Of a DNA stretch of 38,212 bases, positions 33,232-38,212 are shown piece by piece. The position numbers and the translations under genes are program-made. The notes beneath the pieces were generated by a model. The model was not told where the DNA came from. It did not search any database and saw only the letters and a list, made by a program, of their open reading frames with translations. The stretch spans positions 1 through 38,212 of IMG/VR virus record IMGVR_UViG_3300016665_000162; one strand, 5' to 3'. Source of the DNA: a virus (taxonomy: Duplodnaviria; Caudoviricetes). Position 1 is the first letter of the stretch. Every line of letters starts with the position of its first letter.

Positions 33232-33978
33232 ATGGCTTTCAACCTCGCCTCCATTTCCAAGACGCGCCGCCTGCGCGCGCCCAAGATCGTCATTGCCGGC
33301 CCCGGCAAGATCGGCAAGACGACGTTCGCTGCCTCCGCGCCAGGCGCGGTGGGCATCTTGACCGAGGACGGCGCTGATGCGGTGGACGCCCAGGCATTCC
33401 CGCTGGCCTCAAGCCTGCAGGACGTCTACGGCGCGATCGGCACGCTGCTCAAGGAGGAGCACGACTTCCAGTCGGTGTTCGTCGACAGCCTGGACTGGCT
33501 CGAGCCGCTCGTCATCCAGTACGTCTGCGAGCAGAACAAGTGGCCCTCGATCGAGGCGCCGGGTTACGGCAAGGGCTGGCTCGCCGCGGCAGAGGAGTGG
33601 CGCACGCTGCTGCAGGGCCTCGAGGAGCTGCGCCAGCGCCGCAACATGGCCGTGATCCTGATCGCGCACGACAAGATCAAGCGCTTCGAGTCGCCGCTGC
33701 ACGACGGGTATGACCAGTACACCCTGAAGCTGAACGACCGCGCGGCCGCGCTGGTGATGGAGTGGGCCGACGTGATCGGCTGGGCCAACTACCGCATCGT
33801 CACTACGCAAACCGACGCCGGCTACGGCCAGAAGGAAACCAAGGCCCGCACCACGGGCGACCGGATTCTGCACGTCGAACCGCACCCCGCGCACATGGGC
33901 GGCAACCGGTTTGGCCTGAAGAACATGCCCCTGTCCTGGGAGGCATTTGCTGCCGCGCTGGCGGCGTCCCACACTTGA
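33232..33978 (+). CDS. Sak4-like (AAA_24) ssDNA-annealing ATPase
   Basis: GPGKIGKTT, FVDSLDWLE, GYGKG, LIAH, EWADVI, GNRFGL. Confidence 0.85.
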   Translation: MAFNLASISKTRRLRAPKIVIAGPGKIGKTTFAASAPGAVGILTEDGADAVDAQAFPLASSLQDVYGAIGTLLKEEHDFQSVFVDSLDWLEPLVIQYVCEQNKWPSIEAPGYGKGWLAAAEEWRTLLQGLEELRQRRNMAVILIAHDKIKRFESPLHDGYDQYTLKLNDRAAALVMEWADVIGWANYRIVTTQTDAGYGQKETKARTTGDRILHVEPHPAHMGGNRFGLKNMPLSWEAFAAALAASHT

Positions 33979-33991
33979 ACGAAAGAGAGCT

Positions 33992-34195
33992 ATGCCCCTG
34001 TACGCAGTCACAAACACCACCGACAAGACCACGCGCTTGGTGGAGGCCCCGAACCCGTCGCAGGCGCTGCGGCACGTCACGACGGAGCAGTTTGCCGTCA
34101 AGGCCGCCAGCGCTGCGCTCGTGGCCAAACTGATGGGCGCCGGCATCGCGCTGGAGTCCGTCAAGTCTGAAGAACTTGAGCACGAAGGGAACTGA
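33992..34195 (+). CDS. Hypothetical protein
   Basis: RLVEA.NPSQALRHV motif; fills the operon. Confidence 0.7.
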   Translation: MPLYAVTNTTDKTTRLVEAPNPSQALRHVTTEQFAVKAASAALVAKLMGAGIALESVKSEELEHEGN

Positions 34196-34197
34196 CC

Positions 34198-34680
34198 ATG
34201 GCATTGCTGAACTTCAAAGCTTCCGACGTCGCAGTGGACGACCGCCCGAGCAACTTTGGGCCGATCCCGCCCGGCGAGTACGAGGTGATCATCACGCGCA
34301 GCGACACAAAGTCGACAAAGAGCGGAGACGGCACGTACCTTGAGCTTGAGATGCAGATCGTCAGCGGCGAGCTCTCTGGTCGGCGCTATTGGGAGCGGCT
34401 GAACTTGGACAACTCCAACCAGCAAACGGTGACGATCGCGCAGCAGCAGCTGGCGCGCCTGTGCGCCGCGCTCGGCCTGGACGAGGTCAACGACAGCCAG
34501 GAGCTGCACGACAAGCCGGTCGTGGCCATCTTTGCCGTCAGCAAGAAAGACCCGACGCGCAACAGCATCTACGGCTACAAGCCGGTCAGTGGCTCGCCTG
34601 CGCCCAAGGCCGCGCCTAGGCCCGCAGCCCCGGCTGCAGCGCCCTCGCCTGCCAAGCCTGCCGCGCGTCCCTGGGGCTGA
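34198..34680 (+). CDS. DUF669-family ssDNA-binding-like protein
   Basis: PIPPGEY...TKSGDG.YL.LE...GRRYWERLNL...LC.ALG; Pro/Ala tail ending PWG. Confidence 0.82.
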   Translation: MALLNFKASDVAVDDRPSNFGPIPPGEYEVIITRSDTKSTKSGDGTYLELEMQIVSGELSGRRYWERLNLDNSNQQTVTIAQQQLARLCAALGLDEVNDSQELHDKPVVAIFAVSKKDPTRNSIYGYKPVSGSPAPKAAPRPAAPAAAPSPAKPAARPWG

Positions 34681-34682
34681 GC

Positions 34683-35864
34683 ATGGCTGCGCTGCCTGAG
34701 TCCCAGCACACCACCGCGCACGCGATCGTGCGGTGGTACGAGAGCAAGCCCCAGCAGCACCGGCCGCACATGGGCGCGAGCCTGATCGGGCACGCGTGCG
34801 ACCGATACATCTGGTCGACCTGGCGCTGGGTGCTCAAGCCGGTGTTTGCCGGCCGCATCCTGCGCCTGTTCGACACGGGCAACCGCGAGGAGCCGCGCTT
34901 GCTCAACGAGCTCCGCGGCATCGGCGCGACGGTGTGGGAGCGCGACCCTGGCACGGGCCGGCAGTGGCGCGTGAGCGCGCACGACGGGCACTTTGGCGGC
35001 TCGCTTGACGGCGTGGCTAAAGGCTTGCCCGAAGCGCCCAAAACGGCTGCGGTGCTGGAGTTCAAGACGCACAGCGCCAAGTCGTTTGCCGACGTTGTGG
35101 GCAAGGGCGTGAAGGAGTCCAAGCCGCAGCACTGGAAGCAGATGCAGGTCTACATGGGCCTGATGGAGCTCGAGCGCGCGCTGTATTTGGCCGTGAACAA
35201 GGACGACGACACGGTCTACAGCGAGTGGGTTCACTTCGACCGCGAGGAGTTTGATCGGCTGCTGGCGCGCGCCAAGAAGCTGATCGACATGACGTACCCG
35301 CCTGAGCGCATCAGCACCGACCCAGCGCACTGGCAATGCAAGGGCTGCAACTTCTATCGGCACTGCCACCAGGGCGTGGCGGCTGAGGCGAACTGCAGGA
35401 CGTGCTGTCATGCCACCCCTGTTGAGAATGCAGCATGGCATTGCTCTGTGCACAACGATGCAGTGCCGGAGGAGTTTCAGCGCAAGGGGTGCGACTCACA
35501 CCTGCTGATTCCTGGCCTGGTGCCGTACGGTGAGGCGGTGGACGGAGGCTCGAGCTGGGTGGGCTACAAGCACCGCGAGTCGGGGCAGCCGTTTATCAAT
35601 GGCCCGGCCGAGCTTGCCGACAGCACTTACGGGCCGGCCTTCTCCAGCGTTGAGCTGCACGAATGCCCAGGCGAGCTCGTGACGATGGCCGCGCAGGTGA
35701 AGGAGCAGTTTTCCACGGCGCGCGTGGTGACGGGCACGGCCTTCGACGACATGAAGGACGACGACCTGGATGCTGCGGCTGCTAAGCCTGAGACGCCTGC
35801 CAAGCGCGGTGCGCGCAAGCGTATTGCCGAGTCGCTGAAGCAGCTCGAGGCGATGCAGTCGTGA
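34683..35864 (+). CDS. Cas4-like PD-(D/E)xK exonuclease
   Basis: GASLIG..CDR, GSLDG, LEFKT, QMQVYM, CKGC..C cluster and NCRTC. Confidence 0.85.
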   Translation: MAALPESQHTTAHAIVRWYESKPQQHRPHMGASLIGHACDRYIWSTWRWVLKPVFAGRILRLFDTGNREEPRLLNELRGIGATVWERDPGTGRQWRVSAHDGHFGGSLDGVAKGLPEAPKTAAVLEFKTHSAKSFADVVGKGVKESKPQHWKQMQVYMGLMELERALYLAVNKDDDTVYSEWVHFDREEFDRLLARAKKLIDMTYPPERISTDPAHWQCKGCNFYRHCHQGVAAEANCRTCCHATPVENAAWHCSVHNDAVPEEFQRKGCDSHLLIPGLVPYGEAVDGGSSWVGYKHRESGQPFINGPAELADSTYGPAFSSVELHECPGELVTMAAQVKEQFSTARVVTGTAFDDMKDDDLDAAAAKPETPAKRGARKRIAESLKQLEAMQS

Positions 35865-36361
35865 AGCTGGAGCAGTACCTGCGCGAGCGCTCCGACGAGG
35901 TGGGCGAGTGTTGGGAGTGGACCGGCGCGGTGCAGCAGGCGACGAACTGCCCGATCATGCGTTACGAGGGCAGGCCGCAGGCGGTGCGCCGCGCCATTGC
36001 AGTCGAGCTCGGGCTGCAACTGGAGGGGCGGCTGGCCTCGTCACGGTGCGCCAACGCGTTGTGCGTGAACCCGGCGCATGTGGTGATGCTCACGCGCAAG
36101 CAGCTGCAGGCCCGCACGGCGCGGGTGACGCACTTGCACGCCAACCTTGCGCGCAATCGCAAGCTGGCCGCCAAGGCGCGGCAGGCGGCCAAGCTGACCG
36201 AGGCGCAGGTGGCTGAGATCCGCACGATTGAGGGCATGAAGCAGCGCGACATTGCGGCGTTGTACGGCATCACCCAGGCGACGGTGAGCGCGATCCGGCG
36301 CGGGGTGAAGTGGAAGGACTACAGCAACCCGTGGTTGCAGTTGTTGGGAGGCAAGCCATGA
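35861..36361 (+). CDS. Degenerate HNH-fold protein with C-terminal HTH
   Basis: CWEWTG, C.N.LCVNPAH, KLTEAQV.EIR...QRDIA..YGITQATVS.IRRG..W. Confidence 0.75.
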   Translation: MKLEQYLRERSDEVGECWEWTGAVQQATNCPIMRYEGRPQAVRRAIAVELGLQLEGRLASSRCANALCVNPAHVVMLTRKQLQARTARVTHLHANLARNRKLAAKARQAAKLTEAQVAEIRTIEGMKQRDIAALYGITQATVSAIRRGVKWKDYSNPWLQLLGGKP

Positions 36362-36570
36362 CGGGCGACGACGTGGCGCGGCTTGCCGAGAAGGTGGGGC
36401 TGCGCACCAACGGAGACGGATCCCTGTGGGGGCATGTGCACGCGCTCGAGTCGTTTGCGCGGTTGGCGGTGGCTGCCGAGCGTGAAAGGTGCTGTCAGGC
36501 GGTGCTGGCCATGGCCGAGTTGGGTGATGCCGGGCAGCGGGTTGTGAATGCGATTAGGGGTAGGAGATGA
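36358..36570 (+). CDS. Modular hypothetical protein
   Basis: DDVARLA...LESFARL..AAERERC...AIR. Confidence 0.7.
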   Translation: MTGDDVARLAEKVGLRTNGDGSLWGHVHALESFARLAVAAERERCCQAVLAMAELGDAGQRVVNAIRGRR

Positions 36571-36887
36571 CACAACCCGAAGCCCTGCGGCTGGCCGATT
36601 GGCGCGACACCTTCAATACGGTGCAGCACCGCCAGTGCGCCGCCGAACTGCGCCAGTTGCATCAACTAGCAGTCGATCAACAGGGAGAAATTTACGTGCT
36701 GAAGATGGCGCGGTCGATGGAACAGAAAACCGCTGCATTGAAGCTTGCCGCTGCTGAGGCCCAGCGCAATGCGCTGCTGGAGGCGTGCAAAGTCGCGTTA
36801 AGCATCGTCGGTTTCGGCAAAGAGCACGACCAGATCGAGGCCGCCATCAAGGCGGTGGAAGGAGAGAACCATGCCAAGAATCTTTAA
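36567..36887 (+). CDS. Modular hypothetical protein
   Basis: QPEALRLAD...AAELRQLH...QRNALLEA...AAIKAVEG. Confidence 0.7.
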   Translation: MTQPEALRLADWRDTFNTVQHRQCAAELRQLHQLAVDQQGEIYVLKMARSMEQKTAALKLAAAEAQRNALLEACKVALSIVGFGKEHDQIEAAIKAVEGENHAKNL

Positions 36888-37122
36888 AGCCCCACCCGGC
36901 TTCGTGCTAAACCCGGACTACCTAGTGCCGGAACTGCGTGCCCAGCGCGATGCGCTGCTGGAAGCCCTGCGTGAACACCCCTGCTGCACTGGTTCCTGCC
37001 GACAGGGCAGGGATTGCCCCCAACGCCTGCGCACCCGCTCTACTCGCGAGCAGGCTATCTCGATCCTCCTGTGCGCCGTGCTGCTGGCAGTGGTGCTGCT
37101 GATGACATGGTGGCTACGATGA
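36871..37122 (+). CDS. Modular small membrane protein
   Basis: QRDALLEAL, CCTGSCRQGRDCP, C-terminal TM. Confidence 0.65.
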   Translation: MPRIFKAPPGFVLNPDYLVPELRAQRDALLEALREHPCCTGSCRQGRDCPQRLRTRSTREQAISILLCAVLLAVVLLMTWWLR

Positions 37123-37703
37123 GGGTACTCGTTGCCTGCGAGTATTCCGGCACGGTCAGGGACGCATTCCGGGCACGCGGGCATGACGCCTGGTCATGCG
37201 ACCTCCTGCCTTCCGATAGTTCCGGCCCGCATTTGCAGGAAGATGTCCGGGCATATCTCGGGCTGGGATGGGATTTGATGATTGCCCATCCCCCTTGCAC
37301 GCATTTGGCCGTGAGCGGGGCGCGATGGTTTCGGGAGAAAGCGCGCCAGCAGGAGGAGGCGCTGGAGTTTGTCCGCACGCTGATGGACGCCCCTATCCCG
37401 CGCATCGCCCTCGAGAACCCGGTGAGCATCATCAGCAGCCGGATTCGAAAGCCTGATCAGATCATCCAGCCCTGGCAGTTCGGGCATGAAGCCACGAAGA
37501 CAACCTGCTTATGGCTCAAGGGTCTGCCGCCCCTGATTCCCACCAGCATCGTCGGGAAGGGGGGCAGGCACGTTACGAAGTCAGGCAGAAGCCTGCCAGA
37601 GTGGTACAACCTGCCGCCCAGTCCCAAGCGGTGGAAGATCCGCAGCGCCACCTTCCCGGGTATCGCGCAGGCTATGGCTGAACAATGGGGAAACCTGACA
37701 TGA
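37119..37703 (+). CDS. Phage-type DNA cytosine methyltransferase (orphan)
   Basis: RVLVACEYSG, SCDLLP, HPPCT (catalytic PC), ENPV, QPWQFG, RS.TF.GIA.AMA.QW. Confidence 0.82.
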   Translation: MRVLVACEYSGTVRDAFRARGHDAWSCDLLPSDSSGPHLQEDVRAYLGLGWDLMIAHPPCTHLAVSGARWFREKARQQEEALEFVRTLMDAPIPRIALENPVSIISSRIRKPDQIIQPWQFGHEATKTTCLWLKGLPPLIPTSIVGKGGRHVTKSGRSLPEWYNLPPSPKRWKIRSATFPGIAQAMAEQWGNLT

Positions 37704-37878
37704 CACTGATCGATTACGCCCAGCATCTGATCCGCCTGGAAACCCTGATGCGCTCCTGTCATGAGCTATGCCTGGACAAACGGTACGGGCTGCCGTTGCC
37801 GACTGGGACGAAGAAGTCAGCAGGGGGCGGTGGCTGGATGCGGCCCGCGCCGCCATCAAGAAAGCGGAGGAAGCATGA
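37700..37878 (+). pseudogene. Chimeric/frameshifted ORF
   Basis: MTLIDYA...DKRY in one frame; AAVADW...ARAAIKKAEEA* in the -1 frame, ending in an ATGA overlap with the next gene. Confidence 0.45.
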
Positions 37879-38075
37879 CCCCCGAAAACCACCTCTCTGA
37901 ACTGATCGCCAACCCGCCGACGCTTTACTTTGCCGCACAGCCCAAGCCGGTGGGCTTTTGGGTGCTGTATCCCGGAAATGCTATGCAGACCAGATTCGCC
38001 ATGTACCTGCGTCCCACCGATGAGCAGATCAAGAACACCGAAGCCCTGCTGGGGTGGGGCTGGGAGGAAGCATGA
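37875..38075 (+). CDS. Hypothetical protein
   Basis: GGAGG SD; MTPENHL...LLGWGWEEA. Confidence 0.65.
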   Translation: MTPENHLSELIANPPTLYFAAQPKPVGFWVLYPGNAMQTRFAMYLRPTDEQIKNTEALLGWGWEEA

Positions 38076-38212
38076 CCACCATCACCATCGACCGCGCCAC
38101 CGTCGAGCAGGCGCTCAAGGCCATGCGCTGCGCGGTGCCGACCGGCACGATCACGCTGTACGAGTGGGACAAGGCAATGGCCGAACTCGACGCCGCCCTG
38201 GCGCAGCAGGCC
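38072..38212 (+). CDS. 5' part of modular protein continuing at the window start
   Basis: MTTITIDRATVEQAL...LDAALAQQA, open to the window end; GGAGG SD. Confidence 0.7.
   Translation, partial: MTTITIDRATVEQALKAMRCAVPTGTITLYEWDKAMAELDAALAQQA

Noticed and set aside
34683-35864. CRISPR-Cas system (Cas4-like gene)
   Set aside because: No array or other cas genes; Sak4/DUF669 context indicates a recombination exonuclease

Overview
The window looks like an essentially complete genome of a high-GC temperate, podovirus-type tailed phage, probably of a Betaproteobacterium (Burkholderiales-like; inferred). The last 17 bp repeat the first 17 bp and one ORF reads across the junction, so it is probably the circular/excised form. 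The minus strand (about 28.5 kb to 3.3 kb) carries the late operon: TerS, TerL, portal, an RcGTA-like head-spike pair, cargo genes, scaffold, major capsid, adaptor, nozzle, GNAT, ejection proteins, tail fibre and lysis genes. It ends at a terminator inside attP, whose core is the 3' half of tRNA-His. A divergent cro/cI-like switch at about 31 kb drives a RepB-primase/RepA-helicase fusion leftward. Rightward it drives an early operon: Sak4-like ATPase, DUF669, Cas4-like exonuclease, degenerate HNH-HTH, C5 methyltransferase, mosaic small ORFs and RuvC, followed by a separately promoted integrase operon. The most notable unexplained signals are: (1) tandem 25-bp palindromes embedded in a coding module that recall RhuM-type self-encoded palindromes; (2) a large late-operon protein with HhH-GPD glycosylase-like motifs; (3) a Lys-free, Pro/acidic disordered late protein sharing a short motif with other candidate internal virion proteins; (4) structured RNA elements flanking the capsid gene; (5) a 17-bp operator found at the switch, int promoter, attP and both terminase starts. 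All family assignments come from motif recognition by eye, not from database searches.
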